A stretch of 45,509 nucleotides of DNA from a virus: positions 1-45,509 of IMG/VR virus record IMGVR_UViG_3300017435_000001; one strand, given 5' to 3'. Of this stretch, positions 6,153-13,657 are shown one piece after another. The notes beneath the pieces were generated by a model. The model was not told the DNA's origin. It did no database searches and saw only the letters and a list, made by a program, of their open reading frames with translations. Position 1 is the stretch's first letter. Each line of letters begins with the position of its first letter. The translations under genes were made by a program, and so were the position numbers.

Positions 6153-8602
6153 TTCTCGACCTTCCGATATGCTCGAACCTGAACCTGCCCGACGCGCTTG
6201 CGAAAACTCTCGTACCCGCGCGCTTTCAGGTGGGCGACGACGCGCTTCTCGTGCTCGTCCCGCTGCATGTGAACCGGTAGTTCTAGGATCTTGGTCATAA
6301 TGACGCCGGTCGTTATCAGCGTGCTATCCAGCGCCGTCGACAGGTACTCGTCGATCCGGTGCGCCCACGGGTCATCCGAGTAGCGGAGCGCCTGGACGGC
6401 TGCGGCGTGCTCGACTTCCTCGCCCTGCAACCACCAGGGCTCGCCCTGGCGGTACAGGTGGACGGCCTCGGCCCATAGCTGATCCCGGTCGCGAGTGAGG
6501 CCGGCGATGTCGATGTCGCCCTTGACCAGCACAGGCCAGAACCGGCGGGCTCCGGTCGCATCCTTGAGGTATCCGCGCCCGCTCGGGTTAACGGTGCCGG
6601 CCAGCACGCAACGGCGCGGCATGTCGACAACGATCTTGCCGTACGGAAGGCGGATCGCGTCGACCTTGCGCGCGACCCATTTCTTGATCGTCTCGGCGTC
6701 GGCTTTGTTCAGTGCGTCGAGTTCTGCAATCTCGACGATGACGTTACCCTGTAGCTGCATCACGGCGTCTTTGCTGCCTATGTCTCCCACGTCGTCGGTG
6801 AAGAAGCGCTCGCCGTTCATCGTGCCCAAGACTTCGAGGGCAGTCGACTTCATCTTGCCTTGCGCACCCTCGATGATGAGCATGTTGTCGACCTTCTCTC
6901 CTGCCGGCTTATCCGACAGGTTCCGCGCCACGGCGGCGATCAGCCAACGCATGCCGAACGCTCGCTCGACGCCGTGGTTCGACATCGCGACGCCAAGGTA
7001 CTCGGTAAGCCAAGGCGTGACGCCCTCACCGCCCTGTACGCGCGGGACGCCGTCCCATTCGAGACCGGACAGGTAGTCGCGGACCGGGTTGAACTCGTTC
7101 GCCTGCGCCGCTGCCATAGCGGCGATGCCTGCCGATGAGTGGGTCGGTTGCAGCCCGCACTTCTCGAGCCACGACATCGCCATCGTCGTGTCGTGGTCTC
7201 CGAACTTGCGGATCGACCATGCCCCCTTGCCCGCCTCCCACGGCGGCCGGCGCATCAACATCGCCTGATGCGCGAAGCTGTTCTGCGCGAGTACGCCGCG
7301 CATCTCGTCGTGGTGCGTGAGCATGGCGACGAAATTTGTCATGAGCTTGGGCTTGGGGGCGCTGTCCTCGGTCAAGATCAGGTGCCGCCACACGTCACCC
7401 GATATGCGTTCGGACGGCCCGGTGTCGGACGGCGGCTTGCGCTTCTTCACGGGGAGCGGGACGACGTTGTCGGTTGTTCGCATCTCGACGTGCGTCTCGG
7501 GCTCGGCAGGCGGCGCGCTGAACCGGGCGTCATCTTCGCGAGGTTCGTCCGTAGCGGCCTCCGGCTCTGCCGGCGCTGCTTCGGCCGTCTCGTCCGCGAA
7601 AGGCCACAGGCGGGCGCGTGGGCGAGCCCAGGCGACGCACTCCTTCGTCGACCAGCCTTCCTCTTCGGCGTCGGCGATGTCCCAGCCCTTCGGCTTGTCC
7701 TCGCCCGGACGCTCGATAACCTTGACCGTACGTGCACCTGCGGCCGAGACGAGGCCGGCAAGCTCGAGGGCGCACTTCTCGCCCGGCTCGTCGTTGTCCG
7801 GCCAGATGATGACCTCGCGCCCGGCGACGTGGCTCCAATCGGTCTTGCCGACGTTCTGTGTTCCACCAACCCACGCCAGCGGGACGATCCCAGGCAGCAG
7901 TCGAACGGCGGCGTCTACCTTCTTCTCGCCCTCGAAAATCATCACCTGCGCGGACGGCTTAAGCGCCAGCCGCTCGACGCCGTACGGCCGGCGTCCGCTC
8001 TGCGCCATCGGCCGGTGACACCAGCCCGTCTCGCCTGTCTGCGTGTTCTCGCACCATAGGATGCAGGGCGTAATCTTGCGGTCCGGCAGGTCGACCCGCA
8101 ACACGTACCCGATCAGGCGGCCTTCTTTGGTGCGGTAGGGGAACACCATGCTCGGGACGTACGCCGTGACCGGCTTGTCGACCCGCTTCGGGTTGAACAG
8201 CGGCGGCGTCCTCTTGCCGGCGTTGATCGCGGGCGCGTCCTCGGGCGGCATCTTCGCGACCCACGCCGCATAGAAATCGACCCTGTCGATGGATTGCGAG
8301 GCCGGAGCGCGGTCGCTGCCGGTGCGCTTGCCGTTTAGGATCTTGCACGCCTCGACGAACTCGACGCCGTCCCATTGCTCAACGAACTGGATCACATCGC
8401 CGGACACGCCGCAGCCCTGGCACTTGAACTCCTGCGTGCCCTTCCCGCCTTGGTAGATCTGGAACGACGCGGTGTTCTCGCTGTGGAAAGGGCAACACGC
8501 GATCCACTCGCTGCCGTCGCGCTTAATCGTGATCCCGCGCGTTGGGAGATAGTCGGACAGGGCGACGTTTCGCCTGATCTCGTCTGTGTCGAACTTCGCC
8601 AC
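6149..8602 (-). CDS. DNA primase/helicase: CHC2 zinc finger, Toprim and VirE/P4-type P-loop NTPase
   Basis: CCPFHSENTASFQIY...CQGCG (zf-CHC2); FEGEKKVDA...IIWPDNDEPGEK (Toprim); IIEGAQGKMKSTALE (Walker A) in the C-terminal third. Confidence 0.9.
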   Translation of the reverse strand: MAKFDTDEIRRNVALSDYLPTRGITIKRDGSEWIACCPFHSENTASFQIYQGGKGTQEFKCQGCGVSGDVIQFVEQWDGVEFVEACKILNGKRTGSDRAPASQSIDRVDFYAAWVAKMPPEDAPAINAGKRTPPLFNPKRVDKPVTAYVPSMVFPYRTKEGRLIGYVLRVDLPDRKITPCILWCENTQTGETGWCHRPMAQSGRRPYGVERLALKPSAQVMIFEGEKKVDAAVRLLPGIVPLAWVGGTQNVGKTDWSHVAGREVIIWPDNDEPGEKCALELAGLVSAAGARTVKVIERPGEDKPKGWDIADAEEEGWSTKECVAWARPRARLWPFADETAEAAPAEPEAATDEPREDDARFSAPPAEPETHVEMRTTDNVVPLPVKKRKPPSDTGPSERISGDVWRHLILTEDSAPKPKLMTNFVAMLTHHDEMRGVLAQNSFAHQAMLMRRPPWEAGKGAWSIRKFGDHDTTMAMSWLEKCGLQPTHSSAGIAAMAAAQANEFNPVRDYLSGLEWDGVPRVQGGEGVTPWLTEYLGVAMSNHGVERAFGMRWLIAAVARNLSDKPAGEKVDNMLIIEGAQGKMKSTALEVLGTMNGERFFTDDVGDIGSKDAVMQLQGNVIVEIAELDALNKADAETIKKWVARKVDAIRLPYGKIVVDMPRRCVLAGTVNPSGRGYLKDATGARRFWPVLVKGDIDIAGLTRDRDQLWAEAVHLYRQGEPWWLQGEEVEHAAAVQALRYSDDPWAHRIDEYLSTALDSTLITTGVIMTKILELPVHMQRDEHEKRVVAHLKARGYESFRKRVGQVQVRAYRKVEK

Positions 8603-8651
8603 GTCGCCCCGCCTGTCCCCTGATCGTTCGGATTACGCCTCTTGTGCGCGA

Positions 8652-8885
8652 TCAGGCAAGCCAAGCCGCCAGCGCCATGCCGGACGCGCCGAAGAACGCG
8701 ACGGCGAGGCAGATCTTCTCGACGGCATCGAGCCGGCAGGGTTCGAGGCGCGCGTCGATGGTCGCCTCGATAGGGTCGTAGCGCTCTGACAGGTCGATGA
8801 ACTGGCGGTCATAGACGAGCTTGCGCGTGAACTCGCGCTCGTCGAACAGAGGGGCGTAGTTGTGGTGGGTTTCGGTGGTCGTCAT
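8652..8885 (-). CDS. Small protein with C-terminal transmembrane helix (77 aa)
   Basis: ATG 8885 forms an ATGA overlap with the upstream stop and follows GGGGATCAAGAG. C-terminal ICLAVAFFGASGMALAAWLA. The track ORF extends to 8957. Confidence 0.6.
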   Translation of the reverse strand: MTTTETHHNYAPLFDEREFTRKLVYDRQFIDLSERYDPIEATIDARLEPCRLDAVEKICLAVAFFGASGMALAAWLA

Positions 8886-9076
8886 CTCTTGATCCCCTGG
8901 GCCTGCTGCCGGCACTTCCGCGCCTTGTCCTCGTACAAGATGGCTCGCGCGATACACTCGCCGCGCAAGCCGGGTGTTGCCGCCCTATCCGCTCGACGGC
9001 GCTGCGCTCGCGCCGCTTCTGCGTAGTGATCCGCGTCGGACAGAAGCCCTTCTCGGAACGTCGGCTTGTTGAACAT
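8882..9076 (-). CDS. Hypothetical protein (64 aa)
   Basis: ATG ORF coupled to the next gene by ATGA. Its start lies only 6 nt from the 22-bp motif, so the start is uncertain. Confidence 0.5.
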   Translation of the reverse strand: MFNKPTFREGLLSDADHYAEAARAQRRRADRAATPGLRGECIARAILYEDKARKCRQQAQGIKR

Positions 9077-9079
9077 CCG

Positions 9080-9604
9080 CTAACTTGCCCCGCGTGTCAA
9101 GTTCTCCCCCGTCTTGGGCTTCTCCTGGCTGGTAAGGGCGGCGCGGGCGGGGGCGCGCGACAGGCTCGCGATCTCGAGGACGGCTCGCGCAAGAGACTGC
9201 ATCAGGTCGTCGTTCTCGGCTCGCAGACGAGCGGTCTCGGCTTCGGCGGCTTCGGCGCGCTGCCATTCGGAGCGAGCCTGCGCCTTGATCTTTTCGATTT
9301 GCTCGGCAGGGTGCGGGTTCAGGTGGAAGCTGTAGCTGCCGAACGAGTTGTTGCAGAGCGCGACGGCCTCGCGCGCCGCGTCCCGCTCTCCCGTGAGGCG
9401 GGCGATCTCCGAGGCGGCCTTCCACGACAGTGTGTTCTCAGTATTCATAGCCTCGTAGTGAGGGCCATGTCGCATGTCGGTGAAAAGCCGATGCGCGGCG
9501 GCCTCCTGCTGCGCTGCCTCGCGCAACTGTTCAAACAGGCTCGGGCGCGCCACCGCCTCGCGCACCGCCTCCGAGACGGCCGGGGGTGTGGGGTTCTCGC
9601 TCAT
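9080..9604 (-). CDS. Hypothetical coiled-coil protein (174 aa)
   Basis: ATG 9604 (MSENPTPPAV) lies 1 nt after the upstream stop. Ala/Glu-rich heptad-like stretch QRAEAAEAETARLRAENDDLMQSL. The track ORF extends to 9739. Confidence 0.6.
   Translation of the reverse strand: MSENPTPPAVSEAVREAVARPSLFEQLREAAQQEAAAHRLFTDMRHGPHYEAMNTENTLSWKAASEIARLTGERDAAREAVALCNNSFGSYSFHLNPHPAEQIEKIKAQARSEWQRAEAAEAETARLRAENDDLMQSLARAVLEIASLSRAPARAALTSQEKPKTGENLTRGAS
9082..9103 (-). promoter_or_regulatory. 22-bp near-palindrome, copy 2 (22-mer identical to copy 1), internal to the leftward operon
   Basis: Forward strand reads AACTTGCCCCGCGTGTCAAGTT. It overlaps the TAG stop of ORF 9080-9604 and abuts the ATG at 9076. 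Confidence 0.55.
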
Positions 9605-9605
9605 G

Positions 9606-9812
9606 TCACAACCCCGGCAAGCTGTCGTAGAGATCGGCTTCGGCTTTCGTGGTCCGGTATTTTGCCGGTGCGCGGTCAATCGCATCGTCCGCGCACTCAG
9701 GGCACACACCGCATGCGAACTCCTCAAGGCAATCCGCACGAGTGCCGCCGTACTGCTTGCGCCGGGCTCGGCATTGCTTGGCGCAGAGCTTGAACCACTC
9801 GTCTTCCGGCAT
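9606..9812 (-). CDS. Small Cys-rich (zinc-finger-like) protein (68 aa)
   Basis: MPEDEWFKLCAKQCRARRKQYGG...CLEEFACGVCPECADD contains 7 Cys. ATG 9812 lies 23 nt after the upstream stop. SD is weak. Confidence 0.5.
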   Translation of the reverse strand: MPEDEWFKLCAKQCRARRKQYGGTRADCLEEFACGVCPECADDAIDRAPAKYRTTKAEADLYDSLPGL

Positions 9813-9835
9813 GACGACAGACGTCTTATCGCCGC

Positions 9836-10756
9836 TCACCGCCCGCCCTCCCGATCCGCAGGGACGGGGGAAAGTGCTGGGCACCAATCCGGTGTCGTGC
9901 TCAGAACAGACCAATACGCGGTGATGCTCTTACCGGCGGATGCAGAGCATTTTGCGCTCGTACCGCTGTCCAAGTCATCGTTCTCGCCCATAAAGGACCA
10001 ATCCTTCAGCGCGAGTGATGGGCACCCCTCGCACGTCTGCCGGCTCGTCGTGATGGTGCGGGGTCCGATCGTGCCCTCCTGGCTCGTCCCGTCACCCTGC
10101 GTCGTGCTGTCGGGCGTGGGCGGCGCGGGGGTGGCGGCGAGACGATCCTGCTCCTCAAGCCAAAAGGCGTTGAACGCCTCGTTCGCGTAATCCGACCAGC
10201 GTTTCTCTTTTGGCTTCCGGTCAAAGGCGCTGGCGGCATTTGCGCCCTCGTCGAACGCCTCGCGCAGGAAGTCGACAAGCCACATGCCGCCCCGGCCCGC
10301 CTCGGTCCCGGTGGGCTGATGAGCGAGTGCGGCCAAGAACCCGGCCTGAAACGAAATGAAGCTAGGGCTCGCATAGCCAACCTCAGCCTTCCATTTCTTG
10401 AAAGCCTGAAGCGGCTTCATCCCCTCCCGCTCGTCCGCCTTGTCCGGTGCCTGGGCGGAGGTGAGAGCCACGGCGACTGCGCGCCAAGACTGCCGGTACT
10501 CCTCTCCGATCTCTAGCCAGCCCCTTACTTCGATATTAGCGTAGAATGCCTCGTAGGCTCGCTGTGCTACGGCTTCCACCCCTCCCGCATGATCCGGTCG
10601 AGACGGAGCGGCTGCGATCAGGGCGGCGCGCATGTCCCTGAGCGACGTCTCAAGAGCGGGACCGAGAACCTCGCGCCAGTTCTCGCCGGGGTAGAAAGCG
10701 TCCATCGCAGCGTGAAGTTGCTGATCGGTCGGCTGGTTATTCGTGCTCATGGTCAT
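9836..10756 (-). CDS. Hypothetical protein (306 aa)
   Basis: Long ORF with ATG, preceded by the duplicated 20-bp initiation region CAGGGGACCAGAGGATATGA. No family recognised. Confidence 0.7.
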   Translation of the reverse strand: MTMSTNNQPTDQQLHAAMDAFYPGENWREVLGPALETSLRDMRAALIAAAPSRPDHAGGVEAVAQRAYEAFYANIEVRGWLEIGEEYRQSWRAVAVALTSAQAPDKADEREGMKPLQAFKKWKAEVGYASPSFISFQAGFLAALAHQPTGTEAGRGGMWLVDFLREAFDEGANAASAFDRKPKEKRWSDYANEAFNAFWLEEQDRLAATPAPPTPDSTTQGDGTSQEGTIGPRTITTSRQTCEGCPSLALKDWSFMGENDDLDSGTSAKCSASAGKSITAYWSVLSTTPDWCPALSPVPADREGGR

Positions 10757-10776
10757 ATCCTCTGGTCCCCTGATGT

Positions 10777-11010
10777 TTATTCTGGGCGGCCCGCAAGACC
10801 GCAGTATCCGTGGTTGCCGGCGATGTCGGGCCTATCCCTGCGCCAGCGCCAAGCCATGCAATCCGAGGCAATGCAGGTGCCTATTGGGAGGCTGTCCTCT
10901 TTCCTATTCGCACCAACAAATTGGGTAGTGCCCGCCGGGATTGACGCGGGCTTAACCTGACGTGCGGCGTGGCACCATTTTCTCTTCGCTTCGGCTTCGG
11001 TCGTCATCAT
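10777..11010 (-). CDS. Hypothetical protein (77 aa)
   Basis: ATGATG start preceded by the same 20-bp initiation region. ATGA overlap with the upstream stop. Confidence 0.6.
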   Translation of the reverse strand: MMTTEAEAKRKWCHAARQVKPASIPAGTTQFVGANRKEDSLPIGTCIASDCMAWRWRRDRPDIAGNHGYCGLAGRPE

Positions 11011-11981
11011 ATCCTCTGGTCCCCTGTGATTTTCAGAACGCGGCGCTCGCGTCGCGTGGCGGATCCTGCTGAGACCGGGCCGCTTTTCACGCGCTCGATC
11101 CGGTCGCTGATCGCCTGCGCGTACCCGTCGAGGACAAGCTCGTCGGCTGCGGCAAGCATGGCGGGCTGATCGGCTGTGATGACGACGAGCCCGCTATCCT
11201 CGATCATTTTCTTGACCCGGCCCTTGGCGCGCTTGATCGCGAGCGGGTCGATGTCCTGCGGTCGCTTCTGAACCCGCTTGGCAGTGGCGGGCTCGTAGTC
11301 CTTGCCGGCAAGCTGCTGGAACAGGGCGACCGCCTCTCGCTTGGTCTCGTCCGTCGCCCGGCTGTGCGGGTGGTTCAGGGTCTTGAGCGTGCGGAACGCC
11401 GCCCGCTTCTCCTCGGCCGTGAGTTCCCGACCTTCGTTCACCAGGGCGCGGATCTGCGCGAGGTTCAGGCGCTTGCGTCGCCCGAGATCTGTCGCGGCTG
11501 ACCTCGGCGCGTTATCGGCCTGTAGCTTTCGACGCGCTCGAACCCGATGGCGTGTAGAAACGCGGGCTCCGGCGGTTGCCTGCCGGACAGGTTGTCCGAG
11601 ACGTACGAGCACGACAGGCCCGTCCTCTCCGCGAACCGGGACTGATTTCCAATCTCCCGGATTCTCCTTCGCGCTTCTTTCAGCACTTCTTCTCGCGTCA
11701 TCATATTCCACCGATTTGGGGATAACCCGATCAGCGATAGCATCCGCGAACCCGCAGGACAAGCGGTCGATCTCGTACATATCGACCCTGCGGATGCCCA
11801 TGAACTCCAACAGGACGGGGCCGAGCCGCGTCTCGCCACGGATCGCCAGCGATAGGGTTGCGGCGCTGATCCCGAGGGTTTCCGCCGCGTCCTCGTCGCT
11901 GTCGTACGTGTCCGCATACCGCTGGATCAGGTCCGAAACCTGGGCTCGGGTCAACAAGCCGGGGTGAGTAAGGTGAGACAA
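11007..11981 (-). CDS. 324-aa ORF: N-terminal HTH regulator module, Arg-rich linker and C-terminal domain (may be one protein or 2-3 genes)
   Basis: TTG start with AGGAAAAAACCA upstream. HTH AAETLGISAATLSLAIRGETRLGP. GC3 is high at both ends (about 84% by hand count in 11007-11460) but about 52% across 11465-11704, where another frame codes. Confidence 0.5.
   Translation of the reverse strand: MSHLTHPGLLTRAQVSDLIQRYADTYDSDEDAAETLGISAATLSLAIRGETRLGPVLLEFMGIRRVDMYEIDRLSCGFADAIADRVIPKSVEYDDARRSAERSAKENPGDWKSVPVRGEDGPVVLVRLGQPVRQATAGARVSTRHRVRARRKLQADNAPRSAATDLGRRKRLNLAQIRALVNEGRELTAEEKRAAFRTLKTLNHPHSRATDETKREAVALFQQLAGKDYEPATAKRVQKRPQDIDPLAIKRAKGRVKKMIEDSGLVVITADQPAMLAAADELVLDGYAQAISDRIERVKSGPVSAGSATRRERRVLKITGDQRI
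11465..11704 (-). CDS. Nested alternative-frame HTH regulator (79 aa), paralog of the N-terminus of the enclosing ORF
   Basis: ATGATG preceded by GGTGGA. HTH NQSRFAERTGLSCSYVSDNLSGRQ aligns with the module of the other frame (G-[IL]-S...S...G...P..L...G[IF].RV[DE].Y). GC3 is about 76% here against about 52% in the enclosing frame. Confidence 0.6.
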   Translation of the reverse strand: MMTREEVLKEARRRIREIGNQSRFAERTGLSCSYVSDNLSGRQPPEPAFLHAIGFERVESYRPITRRGQPRQISGDASA

Positions 11982-11997
11982 TGGTTTTTTCCTAAAG

Positions 11998-12076
11998 CAC
12001 GTGTTCCGAGACGCTTCTCACGTGTAAGCGAACACTAAAACAGGTGTCAATCGGTCCGGTTTCGCTTCTCACGTGT
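11998..12076. repeat. CACGTG-box iterons: 14-bp direct repeat CGCTTCTCACGTGT (12012-12025 and 12063-12076) plus a third CACGTGT at 11998
   Basis: Read directly. The repeat copies are 51 bp apart. The boxes bracket and overlap the candidate leftward promoter. Confidence 0.8.
12022..12050 (-). promoter_or_regulatory. Candidate leftward promoter for the HTH/replication operon
   Basis: Minus strand reads TTGACA (12050-12045), a 17-nt spacer, then TTACAC (12027-22), about 40 nt upstream of the TTG start at 11981. Confidence 0.4.
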
Positions 12077-12199
12077 CCGTCTGAAACCTCCAGGTTTGCT
12101 AAAGTTAGCGCGGCTGCACAGAAATTCGCTCGCAATCGCAGTGTCTTACGGGAGAAACCCAGTCTTTGTGACATCGCCAAACCAAAGTATATATAGCGC

Positions 12200-12276
12200 G
12201 AACTACACTTTTAGAAATGCAACTCAATAGTCGCGCGTGATATGTGAGATACCCAATACCTCTAAAAGTGTAGTTC
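12200..12276. repeat. Perfect 16-bp inverted repeat GAACTACACTTTTAGA / TCTAAAAGTGTAGTTC separated by 45 bp
   Basis: Arms at 12200-12215 and 12261-12276, inside the AT-rich non-coding hub. Confidence 0.9.
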
Positions 12277-12450
12277 ATTCCCCTAGGATTTTACAAAACA
12301 CTAACTCACTTGTCACAGAGTATAAGTTATTGAGAAATATGGGGTTAAATTGAGAGGGGGTGAGACAGCAGTGTCACAAAAGGGGGTTTTTGGGTTTGAC
12401 TAAAACAGCTAGGAATACGGTCCCAAACCGACCAGACGGTCGGTAACGCT

Positions 12451-12472
12451 CTGTTGACACGATGGGCAAGTT
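12451..12472 (+). promoter_or_regulatory. 22-bp motif, copy 4 (CTGTTGACACGATGGGCAAGTT), facing the rightward operon
   Basis: The TTGACACG-NN-GGGCAAGTT core is conserved. It lies 38 nt upstream of ATG 12510 and is preceded by the hairpin ACCGAC-N6-GTCGGT (12427-12444). Confidence 0.55.
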
Positions 12473-12509
12473 ATCGGAGGGTGGGGTTTCTGTTGGATAG
12501 GGGGATGGG

Positions 12510-12710
12510 ATGAAGTGGATTGTCGGTGGGGCGCTCGCGATGATGGCTCTGCCTATCGTGTGCGTCGGGGCCTTGTGGATTCTCGGCTGGATCATGCGGA
12601 ACAGCGGCATCCCGGCCGAGGCGTGGGAATGGATCTGGCCGTTCGCGGTCCTTGCATTGGTCGGCGCGTTCATGGGCAAGTTCGCCCGCGACGCATACGG
12701 TCGCCGCTGA
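12510..12710 (+). CDS. Small membrane protein (66 aa, 2 predicted TM helices)
   Basis: ATG preceded by AGGGGGATGGG. Hydrophobic stretches GGALAMMALPIVCVGALWILGWI and WIWPFAVLALVGAFMG. Confidence 0.7.
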   Translation: MKWIVGGALAMMALPIVCVGALWILGWIMRNSGIPAEAWEWIWPFAVLALVGAFMGKFARDAYGRR

Positions 12711-12815
12711 TGGAAAGCGCGGGCGGCCGAGTAATCATAGGGGGATGAGATTCAAGCAAGACGGGTCGACAAGCCGCCTCATGGATCGCAGCAGTTGATT
12801 CTTGGGCCGGACTGG

Positions 12816-12926
12816 ATGCGGCGTATCTGCCGTGGGAGTGGCATCAAGACAGAGCCGGGGCAGTGGGTGTTTGCCAAGCTGCCCGCGCTCGGTTGGACAT
12901 ACGTCATGCATCAATGGGATTTGTGA
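12816..12926 (+). CDS. Candidate unlisted small ORF (36 aa; could start earlier at TTG 12795)
   Basis: Below the track's size cutoff. GC3 is about 72% by hand count. Its TGA shares a base with ATG 12926 of the next ORF (TGATG). Confidence 0.3.
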   Translation: MRRICRGSGIKTEPGQWVFAKLPALGWTYVMHQWDL

Positions 12927-13162
12927 TGGAAACCGGCGGCTGGAACTATGCCAAGCGGCTCGGGTCGTGGTCTGCGCCGGTTGTGCGGCAGTTGTTCGAG
13001 GGGGAGGCGGCAGAGAGATACCGCTACTGCCAACTGAACCTGTGCGAGCGAGGGCGCGCGAACAGGACCGGCATGCCCTGCCGGCCTGTCTGCGAGCTTG
13101 CCGTCGAAGCTCGGCTGCGGGCGCTTGGTACGGGTGCGACTAGACCTAAGAGGGGGATGTGA
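12914..13162 (+). CDS. Hypothetical protein (start uncertain: 12914 or 12926)
   Basis: Track ORF 12863-13162. Third-position GC is poor upstream of 12914. Sequence METGGWNYAKRLGSWSAPVVRQLFEGE.... Confidence 0.55.
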   Translation: MGFVMETGGWNYAKRLGSWSAPVVRQLFEGEAAERYRYCQLNLCERGRANRTGMPCRPVCELAVEARLRALGTGATRPKRGM

Positions 13163-13413
13163 TGAACGAGAACGAGATTGATCCGGGCGAAGTCGTGTAC
13201 GCCTCGTGCCATGAGGTCGGGTGCATGTATCGGAACAGCGGCGAGCCCGCGTGCCGTGATCTCTGCGAAGGTGCCATCCGTGCCCGGCGCGTGTACGGGC
13301 TGCGCATACCGGCTCGCCCTCGCAACTCTGCCGGCGTCGCCACCATGGCCCGCCTGATGCAACGCACGCGCGACGAGCGCGACTTCGGGGGAGCGGTCGA
13401 TGAGGATGCGTGA
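13159..13413 (+). CDS. Hypothetical Cys-containing protein (84 aa)
   Basis: GTGATG start overlaps the upstream stop within GAGGGGGATGTGATG. Confidence 0.6.
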   Translation: MMNENEIDPGEVVYASCHEVGCMYRNSGEPACRDLCEGAIRARRVYGLRIPARPRNSAGVATMARLMQRTRDERDFGGAVDEDA

Positions 13414-13657
13414 ATGGTGGTCCAATATTGTAGTCTGCGAGGGTGCTGACGGTCTGTTGTATGGGGAGCGAAACCCGGTGCGGTTTGATACACGCGCCGA
13501 CGCCCGCGTTGCTTTGAGCGGCAATCGCAACTCGAACCGCTTCCGCGTCCATGTCAAGCTCAAGCCGGAGGGCGCGCCGAAAAGGTACAGCGACGCGCTT
13601 GACCGCTGGATGTGGGAGCAGCACAGCGATATCCGTCGCGCATATCCTCTGCGATGA
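13400..13657 (+). CDS. Hypothetical protein (85 aa)
   Basis: ATG ORF overlapping the upstream gene by 14 nt. Its stop overlaps the HNH start (ATGA). Confidence 0.6.
   Translation: MRMREWWSNIVVCEGADGLLYGERNPVRFDTRADARVALSGNRNSNRFRVHVKLKPEGAPKRYSDALDRWMWEQHSDIRRAYPLR

Noticed and set aside
11714-11720. Canonical slippery heptamer C_CCA_AAT at the junction of the two HTH frames, suggesting programmed -1 frameshifting
   Set aside because: The heptamer is in phase only for the frame of the nested gene, upstream of that gene's ATG, where the frame shows no coding signal. The shift needed to go from the outer frame into the nested frame is +1, not -1.
11992-12679. Track ORFs 11992-12180(-) and 12374-12679(-) inside or across the AT-rich hub
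   Set aside because: They lack start context. The second runs antisense to the well-supported 12510-12710 membrane-protein gene, and their composition is inconsistent with the genome's codon bias. The region is better read as non-coding control DNA.
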